The notes under the pieces were generated by a model, which searched no databases, was not told the DNA's origin, and saw only the letters and a list, made by a program, of their open reading frames with translations. Below, piece after piece: positions 48,547-57,469 of a stretch of DNA of 57,469 bases. Every line of letters begins with the position of its first letter. The first letter of the stretch is position 1. The position numbers and the translations under genes were made by a program. Source of the DNA: Cyanobacteria bacterium P01_A01_bin.123 (lineage in GTDB: Bacteria; Cyanobacteriota; Cyanobacteriia; Phormidesmidales; Phormidesmidaceae); contig JBCBZT010000047.1 in assembly GCA_039815185.1 (NCBI GenBank), positions 1-57,469 on the forward strand, in the 5' to 3' direction.

Positions 48547-48609
48547 ACCGACAACTGTTCACTCGGCGATGAGACTCCGGCTTGTCATCCCATCGCATCA
48601 CACAATTAA

Positions 48610-48623
48610 GTAGCGTACTATAC
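48610..48623. promoter_or_regulatory. Candidate NtcA box upstream of dctP
   Basis: GTAGCGTACTATAC fits GTA-N8-TAC. Confidence 0.45.
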
Positions 48624-48638
48624 ATCTTCAAGGTAAAT

Positions 48639-48799
48639 TGCGTTGCCTGATACTAATTCATCTCACTGGTGAGATGAATTAGTACAGCGCCGGCCAGATT
48701 GTTGAATGCACCGAGTATCGCCAGGATGCTGAGTCCACAAGCAATCTGGCTCGCGGTAGCGCACAAAGCTTTGTGGCTACCGCTACATCAGGCAACGCA
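48639..48799. repeat. 161-bp nested-palindrome element with 13-bp terminal inverted repeats, containing copy 2 of the 94-bp repeat (48696-48789)
   Basis: TGCGTTGCCTGAT (48639-48651) pairs with ATCAGGCAACGCA (48787-48799). There is an internal perfect 16-bp inverted repeat at 48651-48684. Confidence 0.8.
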
Positions 48800-48805
48800 G
48801 CATTT

Positions 48806-51196
48806 CTACAAAGGTTGAAACCGCTGCGACGCCGCTGACCACTGCCAAAGTTGGTAGGATCCTTGGGTATAAACGATCAGCGCGATCGCGCCATTTCCTT
48901 CTGATTGGGTCACTGCTACCAGCTGATAAGGCGCTTGCAGATCGCTAAACAGGACGCCGCCGCGAGAAGAGATAATCATCGTGCTGGGCTGGCTCAATTG
49001 GCCAGTGATCTCATCTCCCCAGGTCGATAGACTCGCTGCATTCACGTTGACAATGGTTTCAAACACGCCATCCCCGGTGACATCCAAAAACGCCATCGGC
49101 AATTCGGGCGATGGCGCAGGGGTAGTCACAGCGGGATCCTCAGTCACAGCCAATAAAACTTCTGGCAAAAGATCAAGGCGCTGCTGTAGCTGGTTGGCAA
49201 TTTGATTGGCGGGTTCTGGTTGGGTTTGACTCAACTGTGGTATTGACAGTTGCCGGCTAACCGTCAACTGATTCAAGGTGTTAGGAGAAGCAGCAAGCAA
49301 TGATCCTTGATTGGCCATCGCAGGGAACCCACTCGCCAAAAGCCACAGATTACCATCTTGGCGCTGTAGTCCTTGAATGGTGAGTCGATCGGCTGAGAGT
49401 AAGCCCTCAGGGCTCAAGGTAAACAACTGTAGCCCCCGATTTTGATTTAACCCCAGTGCTTGCCAGAGTTGTGCAGGCGACAGGTTGCTGGTGGGAGCAG
49501 ATCCCCGCTGCCAAGTCCCCTCAACTTGCAGGGTTGAGATCGGAATTTGAAACCATTGGGGAACTTCCGGGGGCATTGTTGCCAGTTCGCTGGGGCGATA
49601 CCATCGGGAAGCCACGATATCAGCGATTGGACTGGGGGCACCGATGAGGGAACCCAACCTAACCGACGCGATCGCCGTGGATTCTGCCTGGCTCACGGGG
49701 GTCGCCGTGGGAGTCGCGATCGCGGCGATGGGCTGGTCTTGATTCTCCATAATGGCTTGGTACTGCTGCTCAGCCGCCTCAGTATCTGACTGTCGAGCCA
49801 GCCAAGCCAACGCGGCTGGGCGATCTTGCTGGGCAGTCAGCAATAACAGGCCCCAAACCTGAGGGGCTTGCTGTCGGGGATTCACCTGTAAAACCGTAGA
49901 AATGCGCTGCCAAAGCTGACCGGGGTCGGCTGCCAGTAGATCCAACATGGGTTGCTGCACTTGGGGCGCGTCTTCCATCAGTTTTAGCGCCGCCTGCCAA
50001 CGACCATCCACTAGATAAGCCAGAATCTGCTGAGCCCCACTGCCCCAAATTTGATTAGCTTGGGCTTGGGTGACCCGGGCATGGAGTCTGATAAACGCCA
50101 ACTGTGCCTCTGCTTCTAATGGCCATTTTTGATCATCGGACTGTTTAATCTGCTCCAGCGACTGCAGCGCCGACGACCATAGCCCCGATCGCGCCAACAG
50201 CAGCGCTTTCTCATAGCCAGCCACCTTATCTTTTTTATCAAAGACAGGATCCAGCAGAGAAATGGGCTGCAGGGGTCTAAGGCTAAAGGCCGCCGTTTGG
50301 GGGTTGATGCGATAGGCCAAAAAGTTAGGTTCTAAGCCAACTCGCTGATCAACTAATAGTTCTGGTAGGGCAACCCCATCGAGTTGCCGCCATTGGGGCA
50401 ATCGATCGGCAGGGCTGGTCCAATCTGTGAGTAAAGCCAAACGGGCATGCTTGGGGTCATAGCGCAGCAGTTGACCGTAACGGATGCGCTGGTTATTACG
50501 GCTCCAGGTTCCTTGCAGCGTCAGCCAAAGATGGTCATCTTGACCGTTGGGTAACTGGCTTACATCAACCAGCGGTAGGGGACGATGCACACCGGATGTC
50601 TCTAGCAGAGTGCCCACCAGAGGAGCCAGCACAAACGCCTCTGGCGGGCCAGACACGGCAATGCGATCGCGCAGTCTATATCGCGCTGGATCATGAGACA
50701 CCTGGCGATAGAGGCGCAGTTCACTAATCGCTTGACACTGGCGTCGGCAGGGTTGACGCTCAACCAGCACAGGCACCAGCCAATCTTCTGTAGAGTGGTG
50801 CTGGGATTGCAAACTCTGTATGGATCCTAAGCTAAAACCAGCGGCTTCTAGCTCTGTTTCGATGTCTGCTAAGGTCTGTGGTTGATCTTGTCCCAAATCA
50901 CCCGGTGCATGGGGCAAGAACCATACCAATAACCGGCTAGATTGGGGCATGATCAAGCTTTCAAACCCAAGCCACACCACCCCCACGCTGAGCACAGAGC
51001 CCGTGAGTAAGCTGCTCCAAAACCCCATACCCCATAAAAAACGGAGCCAAGGTGCACGGCGCTCACGGCGCGATCGCACCCATACCTTTGCCTGCAGTTG
51101 CCCTCGCGGGGGCCGCCGCAGATAGTCAAAAAATCGACCAGAACTGCGGGAGGCAGCTGAAGGCTGCTCGACTTTTCCCCACAAAAGCTTAGCCAT
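48806..51196 (-). CDS. Large hypothetical protein with an N-terminal membrane anchor and a helical middle region
   Basis: 796-aa ORF with one TM segment around aa 52-80 and a DVTGDG..E.IV motif near the C-terminus. Confidence 0.75.
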   Translation of the reverse strand: MAKLLWGKVEQPSAASRSSGRFFDYLRRPPRGQLQAKVWVRSRRERRAPWLRFLWGMGFWSSLLTGSVLSVGVVWLGFESLIMPQSSRLLVWFLPHAPGDLGQDQPQTLADIETELEAAGFSLGSIQSLQSQHHSTEDWLVPVLVERQPCRRQCQAISELRLYRQVSHDPARYRLRDRIAVSGPPEAFVLAPLVGTLLETSGVHRPLPLVDVSQLPNGQDDHLWLTLQGTWSRNNQRIRYGQLLRYDPKHARLALLTDWTSPADRLPQWRQLDGVALPELLVDQRVGLEPNFLAYRINPQTAAFSLRPLQPISLLDPVFDKKDKVAGYEKALLLARSGLWSSALQSLEQIKQSDDQKWPLEAEAQLAFIRLHARVTQAQANQIWGSGAQQILAYLVDGRWQAALKLMEDAPQVQQPMLDLLAADPGQLWQRISTVLQVNPRQQAPQVWGLLLLTAQQDRPAALAWLARQSDTEAAEQQYQAIMENQDQPIAAIATPTATPVSQAESTAIASVRLGSLIGAPSPIADIVASRWYRPSELATMPPEVPQWFQIPISTLQVEGTWQRGSAPTSNLSPAQLWQALGLNQNRGLQLFTLSPEGLLSADRLTIQGLQRQDGNLWLLASGFPAMANQGSLLAASPNTLNQLTVSRQLSIPQLSQTQPEPANQIANQLQQRLDLLPEVLLAVTEDPAVTTPAPSPELPMAFLDVTGDGVFETIVNVNAASLSTWGDEITGQLSQPSTMIISSRGGVLFSDLQAPYQLVAVTQSEGNGAIALIVYTQGSYQLWQWSAASQRFQPL

Positions 51197-51250
51197 CGAC
51201 AGGCGAATCAGGACAAGGGTTCAACAACAAACATTCAACACCGAGCAACC

Positions 51251-52477
51251 TTAAGCAGAAAGCACCCGTTCATACTTTTCCCCGGCTCGCTCCCAAGTAT
51301 AATCAGCTTCGATCATGGCGCGCGCGTTGCGAGACAATTCTGCACGCAGTTCAGGGGTTTCAAACAGTCTGGCAATCGCCTCGACAAAGGCTTGGGGCGT
51401 ATTCGCACGTAACGCACGTAGAGGCACACCCGCTTCGTCCACGGTAAGACCTTCTAAACCGCGATCGCTGGCCACAACTGGAATGCCTGACGCCATGGCC
51501 TCCAGGGTTTTAGTTTTGATCCCGAGCCCGACCCTGAGGGGCACGACGCATACCGTCGATTGATGCAAATAATCCGTCATTGACGGTACCCGACCCGTCA
51601 CCGTTACTCCCGGCAAGTCATTCAGCACTTTGACTTCTGCCACAGGGCGCGCGCCCACCAGACTCAGGGTCGCATCCGGGTAGCGCTGACGCACCAAAGG
51701 AAATACCTCCCGGGCAAAGTAGGTCGCCGCATCAATATTGTGGGAAGAATCCATCGCGCCCACAAAGATTAATCGCTGCCCATCGGGGTCGACCGGACGA
51801 TAAGGAAAGGTGTCTAAGTCCACACCGTTAGACACAATCGCAATATCAGCGTCAGGAACCAACGCTAACAACTGTTGGCAATCGTCTTTAGTTGTGGCAA
51901 TTAAGCCAGAGAACTTACGGCAATAGCGCTTTTCATAGCGAGCAAGCATGGGCAAGTAGACGCGATCGCGACTTGGGTTTTCCGACGCTCCCATTTCTAG
52001 ATGGTTCAAAACCCAGCCGTAGACAGAACTGTGAATATCAACCACAGTCCGCACTTTATGTCGAAACTCTGGCCGAATATAAACCTCATTTACACTATGC
52101 TCACACACCACCACATCACACTTACCAGCCGCAATAAATTGGTCTACCCAAGTTTGCACCGCTGGCGCAAAACGATGACGAATATTGGGCGGTGTAGCCG
52201 TGACAACAAAGCGGGCCAATCGCCCCATCTGTGCTAGCCGACCCGCAAAGTTTTGTGGCAACTCCGGATTCGCAGGGGCAGGCAAAATCTCCAAATGATC
52301 CACCCATTCCCGTAACGCAGCCTCATCCTCATCCGTCACCGCACCATGGCGATGGGTTACCACAGTGACCGAATGCCGTCCATGGAGATACTTAATCAAG
52401 TTCAAAGTTCTACCCTCAGCCGCCCCCCGACTGGCCGGGTAGGGAAAGGTATTCAGGGAGAGCATGAGAATATTCAT
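51251..52477 (-). CDS. Glycosyltransferase family 4
   Basis: VSNGVD, LIFVGAMD, VVPLRVGLGIKTKTLEAMASGIPVVAS. Confidence 0.92.
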   Translation of the reverse strand: MNILMLSLNTFPYPASRGAAEGRTLNLIKYLHGRHSVTVVTHRHGAVTDEDEAALREWVDHLEILPAPANPELPQNFAGRLAQMGRLARFVVTATPPNIRHRFAPAVQTWVDQFIAAGKCDVVVCEHSVNEVYIRPEFRHKVRTVVDIHSSVYGWVLNHLEMGASENPSRDRVYLPMLARYEKRYCRKFSGLIATTKDDCQQLLALVPDADIAIVSNGVDLDTFPYRPVDPDGQRLIFVGAMDSSHNIDAATYFAREVFPLVRQRYPDATLSLVGARPVAEVKVLNDLPGVTVTGRVPSMTDYLHQSTVCVVPLRVGLGIKTKTLEAMASGIPVVASDRGLEGLTVDEAGVPLRALRANTPQAFVEAIARLFETPELRAELSRNARAMIEADYTWERAGEKYERVLSA

Positions 52478-52652
52478 GGGTTCAATGGGAAATTACTAGT
52501 TAATGGATAGCGAGAGGCACAAGGGGGTTGATTTGTGCCCGGCGGCGAGAGGAATCATGAAGTATACGCAGGTAAGATGCCCCCACTAAAAGCAAAATTT
52601 TGAACACATCTACAAAAACTAGCCTTTGGTTTTACCGCTTGCGCCTTACCTC

Positions 52653-53711
52653 TCACCCTGAACCCCTTACGTTTTCTGACGCCTGCCCCCTCTCTTCTCC
52701 CTTCTCCCCTACCCTAAAAGGCTCAATTTCCCTGGCCTCTTTCGGCATCTGAGCCTGTCGCTGTCCAGTTTCCCGGGCTTTAGCACAGTACAAATCCAGT
52801 AGAGGAGCCACAAGTTCGACCGGGGCGGCTTTGCCTTGAATTAGACGGAATCCAGCTTTGGGAAACTCTTTCAGCGCCCAGCGACCTATACGATGGGCAG
52901 TATCTTTGCGATTCAGGTTGCGTCTGAGGCGTACACCATGTAATTCATGCAAGTAGTTGTTAGAACGGCCATAGCGCCGCCACTGGCTAGCCAATTCCTT
53001 TAGGGTGGAACGGTGGCGATGCTGAATAATGGCATCTTCGGCAAAAATCACTTGCCAAGGATGCTGTTGTTGAATACGCCAGCACAAATCAGCATCGCCC
53101 CCAGTGGTCAAATAGGGTCGAAATAAGCCAACCCCTGCCAAAGCTTGGCGACGCACAGCAAGGTTTGCGGTTTGCCCGTAGGGATAAAATTCATGGGCCA
53201 TGGTAAACCGCTGGGTCATCATATTCCGCTGGTTCGCGTAGTGTTCTAGCCAGCTGTCACCCGGTAGGGCAGCGATTTCACCAATCACAAGCCCCACAGC
53301 GGGATCATCAAACGGCGCAATTAATTTCTCCAGCCAGTCGTGATTTGGCCGACAGTCCGCATCGGTGAAGGCTAAGAGTTCCCCTCTCGCAGCACGAATG
53401 CCGCGATTGCGGGCAGCATAGGAACTTTGAATGTCGGCTTCGCTTAAATATTGCCAAGTTAAGCCCTGGTTGCTGGCAGTTTTTACCCAGTCTTTCAAGA
53501 GGGATGAGGTGCGATCGCGGCTATTATTATCAACCAGCAAATATTCCACCTGATCTGGAGGAAAGGTTTGGGCCAATAAACAAGCCGCTAAATCAGGAAT
53601 ATCTGCTGCGCCGTTATAAATCGGCACAATCACCGACACTTTGGGCAGACTTTGTGTGGCGGGCACTGACGCCTCGGCAGCAGTAGGGGAACTTGATGCC
53701 ATCGCACTCAC
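52653..53711 (-). CDS. Glycosyltransferase family 2
   Basis: VSVIVPIYN, VDNNSRD, SYAARNRG, FTDADC, GGDADLCWR, QWRRYG. Confidence 0.92.
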   Translation of the reverse strand: MSAMASSSPTAAEASVPATQSLPKVSVIVPIYNGAADIPDLAACLLAQTFPPDQVEYLLVDNNSRDRTSSLLKDWVKTASNQGLTWQYLSEADIQSSYAARNRGIRAARGELLAFTDADCRPNHDWLEKLIAPFDDPAVGLVIGEIAALPGDSWLEHYANQRNMMTQRFTMAHEFYPYGQTANLAVRRQALAGVGLFRPYLTTGGDADLCWRIQQQHPWQVIFAEDAIIQHRHRSTLKELASQWRRYGRSNNYLHELHGVRLRRNLNRKDTAHRIGRWALKEFPKAGFRLIQGKAAPVELVAPLLDLYCAKARETGQRQAQMPKEAREIEPFRVGEKGEERGQASENVRGSG

Positions 53712-53739
53712 TCAACTGGGGACACTCAACAGCAAAACA

Positions 53740-54360
53740 CTAAACCAACTCTTCCTTCACCTTGACGCCATTACGACGCACAATGTAGGCCGGCACCCCA
53801 ACAACAACGCAATCATCAGGGACGTTTTTAACCACAACGGCGTTTGCACCCACGGTGACATTATTGCCAATTTTGACCCCGCCAATGACTTTAGCCCCGG
53901 CAGTGATGCGCACGTTATCTCCAATCCAGGGGCGACTCGATTTATCGCGATAGCCAATGGTGACCTGTTGATTAATCCAGCAGTTTTCACCCAAATCCGC
54001 CATGATAATCGTGCTAAAGGCATGTTGTAGAAATAACCCTGGCCCAATGTTGCAGGTGCGATCGATAAACAGGGTTGCACATCCCGGATAGAAAACCTTA
54101 AGCACCTGCATCCCTAGCCGCACCCCTAAACTACCCTGCTCTAGACGGTAGTAATAGAGATTGCGAAACTCAGGACATTCTGAAAATAGTCGCAGCAGCG
54201 CGGTTTGCGGAGAGGAATTAGGCCAGCTTAATAATTTTGCCCACCGCTCCACATCAGCAATAATCAGCGATCGCCGATCACTCAACCCATATAAAATCAG
54301 CAGCGGTGCAAACCAGGCCATCTGCAGAGTTTTTAAGGCATGTTTGACAAACTCTTTCAT
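53740..54360 (-). CDS. CysE/WcaB-like hexapeptide O-acetyltransferase
   Basis: IGPGLFLQH, INQQVTIG, IGDNV.I.AGAKVIG.V.IGNNV.VGANAVV.KNVP...VVVGVPA. Likely start is ATG 54360. Confidence 0.85.
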   Translation of the reverse strand: MKEFVKHALKTLQMAWFAPLLILYGLSDRRSLIIADVERWAKLLSWPNSSPQTALLRLFSECPEFRNLYYYRLEQGSLGVRLGMQVLKVFYPGCATLFIDRTCNIGPGLFLQHAFSTIIMADLGENCWINQQVTIGYRDKSSRPWIGDNVRITAGAKVIGGVKIGNNVTVGANAVVVKNVPDDCVVVGVPAYIVRRNGVKVKEELV

Positions 54361-54681
54361 GCGTAAATCAAGATAGCGCAATGGAGCAGTGAGACTCGGG
54401 GTTTCCACGCAGAAACTGTGAAGTTCATTCTTCAGATTGCCCATTTTAGGGATCAAAGTAGCCGCCTCCATCAACAATCTAGCCGAATCATTGAGACATC
54501 GTCTGCTTTCCCTTACTCAAGCCGACTCAAGGCTCAGGAAAGTCTCAACCCAATACACTATTTCCGTTTGCTAATGCTGCCAATATTCAAGCACTAGCAA
54601 AGAGCGCACAGCTAGCTATACGCTCCTGCTGTCATGTGCGCTCCTACATTGGTAAGCCCTTGGCCCTATACGTCTTAAAGC

Positions 54682-55620
54682 TTAGTCAATGCGTTCCAGT
54701 TGCCAAAGAATCTGATTCCCCTCACGCTTCACCCGCGACACGGTCCAGTTGCGCCACGCCCAATATTCACCTCGGCTGGTTACAGCACTGGCGTTGACAT
54801 CCATCAAATCGGCTAGCTCTGAACTGGTAATCAGATACCCTTGCTTGGCAATTTCATCAGCCATGTGGAGCGTATCAACCACATTACGCAATTGGGCAAC
54901 CCTTGCCTCACGGGGAAGATTATCCGAACCATTCTCAATCGGGGCCGTTGCCACATTCACTGCCATAGCTTGCTCAGAAATTACTTGCTCAGAGGACGGG
55001 GACAAATCAAACCTCCCTATTATCCCTTGAGAGCAATCGCCTTGGGGAGTCGATTCATCAAAAATTTTTGGGGCATCCTTAGATAAAGATCTATGGTTTG
55101 AATTTACAAGCATTAGATTCAAGTTTTGATGCTGCTTGAGTTTTGCCGAGCGATTAGCGGTAAACGATCGGGCAATTTGATCACAGCGTTCATTGCCCAC
55201 GACCCCTGCATGCCCCCGAACATATTGCCAAATCAACGGTTTCCCTAACTGCGCCTGAATTTGGCAATTCAAGTCGTCGAGCTGTTGCCACAGGTCACGG
55301 TTTAAGACAGCCTTCCCCGTCGAGGTCTTCCACTGTTTTCGTTTCCAACCTTTGATCCACTTAGTGATCCCGTTTTTGACGTATTCACTATCGGTGTAGA
55401 GGGTAGTCGGACTCTCGGGGTGGATTTGAGCGAAGAGCTCAAGCCCTGCGATCGCAGCTTGCAGTTCCATCCGATTATTCGTCGTTTGAGACTCGTAGCC
55501 TCCCAGTTCATGCACCGTTCCGTCATCAAAATAAAAGACAGTGCCCCACCCCCCTGGCCCCGGATTACCCGAGCAGGCACCGTCGGTGTAGATCGATTCA
55601 ACTTTAGGTAAATCCGTCAC
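54682..55620 (-). CDS. rnhA: Ribonuclease HI with a C-terminal extra domain
   Basis: IYTDGACSGNPGPGGWG, TTNNRMEL, TDSEYV, VRGHAG..GNERCD. Confidence 0.93.
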   Translation of the reverse strand: MTDLPKVESIYTDGACSGNPGPGGWGTVFYFDDGTVHELGGYESQTTNNRMELQAAIAGLELFAQIHPESPTTLYTDSEYVKNGITKWIKGWKRKQWKTSTGKAVLNRDLWQQLDDLNCQIQAQLGKPLIWQYVRGHAGVVGNERCDQIARSFTANRSAKLKQHQNLNLMLVNSNHRSLSKDAPKIFDESTPQGDCSQGIIGRFDLSPSSEQVISEQAMAVNVATAPIENGSDNLPREARVAQLRNVVDTLHMADEIAKQGYLITSSELADLMDVNASAVTSRGEYWAWRNWTVSRVKREGNQILWQLERID

Positions 55621-55660
55621 GGGTTTATTTCCTTACACAACCAATTAGCCTTTCAAAAAT

Positions 55661-55699
55661 AAACCGCCAGGGAAGTCAAAGACACCTCCTAGGCGGTTT
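55661..55699 (-). terminator. Intrinsic terminator after the Tic20 gene
   Basis: AAACCGCC..GG/CC..GGCGGTTT stem with A- and T-tracts on both sides. Confidence 0.6.
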
Positions 55700-55784
55700 A
55701 CTTTTTTGAAGTTTGTAGATAAAAATCTAATGGCAAGCTCAGATTCAATTACGACAACCAACGCTCGGTTCAGATCCTTAGACC

Positions 55785-56261
55785 TCAGCGCACCTGCATG
55801 TGAACGGCTTCAGAAATCGTTGGGATCTCGGCGTAGCGACCCATCAAAGACTGAACAACAGAATAACCAACAGCAGCGAGCGTACCGAGGAAAATCACGT
55901 TAGAGAGTGTTTCGACCACTAAGCCACTGCCCAATGCCCCACCCAACAAACCAAAGATCAGCCGGCATAGCACCAACACAATATCTAGCAGTATTGCCTG
56001 CATTGTATTGAACCGAATGAAATGGCTAATGTTGGGGTTACGCACCACCAGTAAAAACAGCAGGAAAAAGATAATTAAGCCCGCAAAGGGAAACCCGTAA
56101 ACAATCTGTAGCAAAGGCGCAAGCGGGACAAACAAAAGCTGGGTTATCGGAAACTGATTAAAGAGAAATCTGCCAAATTCAATCCCATAGACTAGTGGCA
56201 GCAGGTAAGGAAGAACAGCAAAAAATCGGTCAGCAGTAGTATTTGCGCCACGCCAAGTCAT
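55785..56261 (-). CDS. Tic20/Ycf60 family membrane protein
   Basis: LPYLLPL, VVRNPNISHFIRFNTMQAILLD, G.YAEIPTISEAV.MQV. Confidence 0.92.
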   Translation of the reverse strand: MTWRGANTTADRFFAVLPYLLPLVYGIEFGRFLFNQFPITQLLFVPLAPLLQIVYGFPFAGLIIFFLLFLLVVRNPNISHFIRFNTMQAILLDIVLVLCRLIFGLLGGALGSGLVVETLSNVIFLGTLAAVGYSVVQSLMGRYAEIPTISEAVHMQVR

Positions 56262-56430
56262 AACAACGGACTCCTAAACAATAAAGCCGGACAGTCATCT
56301 TTTAAGAACGACACAGACAGTCTAACGCTATGCTCATTAGGATAACGCATCTGCCAAAAGTAACGACGAATACAAGGATTTGCGCCATCCTGATCTACCA
56401 GGGTGTCACCCGCAACACCGAGCTAACACT

Positions 56431-56628
56431 TTAATCAATATTGGCCACCCGAAACCCCATTTGACACTCGTATTGATTGGGCTGCTCCTCTCCAACACAG
56501 TCAATGCGTTTGCCGCAAAACAGTTGTCCTCGCCGCCAACGGGGTTGCCCGCTTTGATCAGCCATCAGACAGCTTTTGCAAACGGCTTGAGGAGAAATCA
56601 GTTGATCTTTCATTAAGATAACTACCAT
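56431..56628 (-). CDS. Small Cys-rich hypothetical protein
   Basis: 65 aa, VCKSCLMAD..GQPRW..GQL.CG...YECQMGF, preceded by a GAGGAG RBS. Confidence 0.8.
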   Translation of the reverse strand: MVVILMKDQLISPQAVCKSCLMADQSGQPRWRRGQLFCGKRIDCVGEEQPNQYECQMGFRVANID

Positions 56629-56845
56629 AGCTCTAGTCTCCTCTCTGAAACAATCAGGATTTAGGGAATAAGTTTGACCTCAACCGCAGCCAAGGATGAT
56701 CTTCCGTAGGAAGCATCATCCTTTTAACGGTTAAATGCCATTGATACCCTAAACCCTATTTTATTTCAGCTATTTTTAAGCAGTGTGATTTAGCATACAC
56801 AGCTTAATCTGGACGAGGCATCCTCACCGGCATCTTTGCCACAAT

Positions 56846-57469
56846 CTAATCCTTTCTGGACACAGAATGTTCGGATCGAGCCTTGCGGGGCGCTCCCTTA
56901 CGGACTTTTTTCGGTGGTGGTGCTTTAGGAGATTCATCTTGGGGATCAACCCGCATCCAGGCAGGACGAGTTTGATCGTAAGCCATCTGAAGCGCCGCAG
57001 CTGCAATAGTGCGCAGATCATAGTTCTCATTAAGTTGAGACACAATCGGCAGGAAAGACGCCATACGCTCTCCAACAATTGCCGCCTGCACTTGATTTTG
57101 CAGGTTTTCCAGGTGATGAGCTGCTATTTCGGCTCGGGTTGGAATATTGCCGTACTCAATTTTTTGGCGTATGTGCTTTTCGATTTGGCGCAGTTTGTAT
57201 TTGTCCAAAGGGCTGACAAGGGAAATCGCCATACCTTGCTTGCCTGCACGACCAGTACGACCGATGCGATGAACGTAATTTTCTGGGGTATCGGGCAGTT
57301 CAAAGTTAATTACATGGGTCAAATCGTCCACATGTAGCCCTCGAGCGGCAATGTCCGTCGCCACTACCCAACGCACTTGCCGCTGTCGGAAACGAATCAG
57401 CAACCGCTCCCGCTGGGATTGAGTCAAATCACCGTGGTATTCATCAACGCTGTGTCCCGCAGCTTGGAG
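56846..57469 (-). CDS. DEAD-box RNA helicase (CrhR/DeaD-like), C-terminal part; runs off the window end
   Basis: YHGDLTQSQRE, VATDIAARGL, YVHRIGRTGRAG and a basic tail. Confidence 0.92.
   Translation of the reverse strand, partial: LQAAGHSVDEYHGDLTQSQRERLLIRFRQRQVRWVVATDIAARGLHVDDLTHVINFELPDTPENYVHRIGRTGRAGKQGMAISLVSPLDKYKLRQIEKHIRQKIEYGNIPTRAEIAAHHLENLQNQVQAAIVGERMASFLPIVSQLNENYDLRTIAAAALQMAYDQTRPAWMRVDPQDESPKAPPPKKVRKGAPRKARSEHSVSRKD

Noticed and set aside
1..57469. Very frequent GCGATCGC octamers and many short antisense ORFs in the track
   Set aside because: HIP1 is a well-known cyanobacterial genome feature, and the short ORFs are shadows of real genes.

Overview
Chromosomal window from a cyanobacterium. 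HIP1 octamers (GCGATCGC) are frequent and the gene content is cyanobacterial; it looks like a filamentous Leptolyngbya/Nodosilinea-like strain, which is an inference. From left to right it holds: (i) the 3' end and right end of an IS110-family element; (ii) housekeeping genes (FemAB-like GNAT, RibD-C, sensor kinase, Gfo/Idh/MocA, rnc, rnpB with heptamer repeats in P12, grxC, two duplicated secreted proteins, a pentapeptide protein, rbsK); (iii) an AT-rich two-gene insert encoding a SLOG-like protein and a 2TM-pentapeptide protein, a candidate conflict system; (iv) WD40 + COG0523; (v) a ~22-kb accessory S/N block. That block has an SsuA-type ABC importer whose binding protein carries a NosL-like tail, a LysR regulator fused to a copy of that binding-protein domain, an AprAB/AsfAB-like flavoprotein-ferredoxin pair with HEAT protein, Mrp/ApbC and TauE and YeiH exporters, an N-carbamoylase, a DUF433/PIN toxin-antitoxin pair, a PAS kinase with a REC-AraC regulator, and cynABDS-DUF1348. 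The window ends with (vi) an FeS photolyase, dCache diguanylate cyclase, hybrid kinase, orphan TRAP DctP, glycosyltransferases, rnhA, tic20 and a partial DEAD-box helicase. A 94-bp structured repeat with a compensatory base pair occurs twice. No CRISPR array, tRNA or rRNA was seen. All family assignments come from motif recognition by eye; no searches were run.
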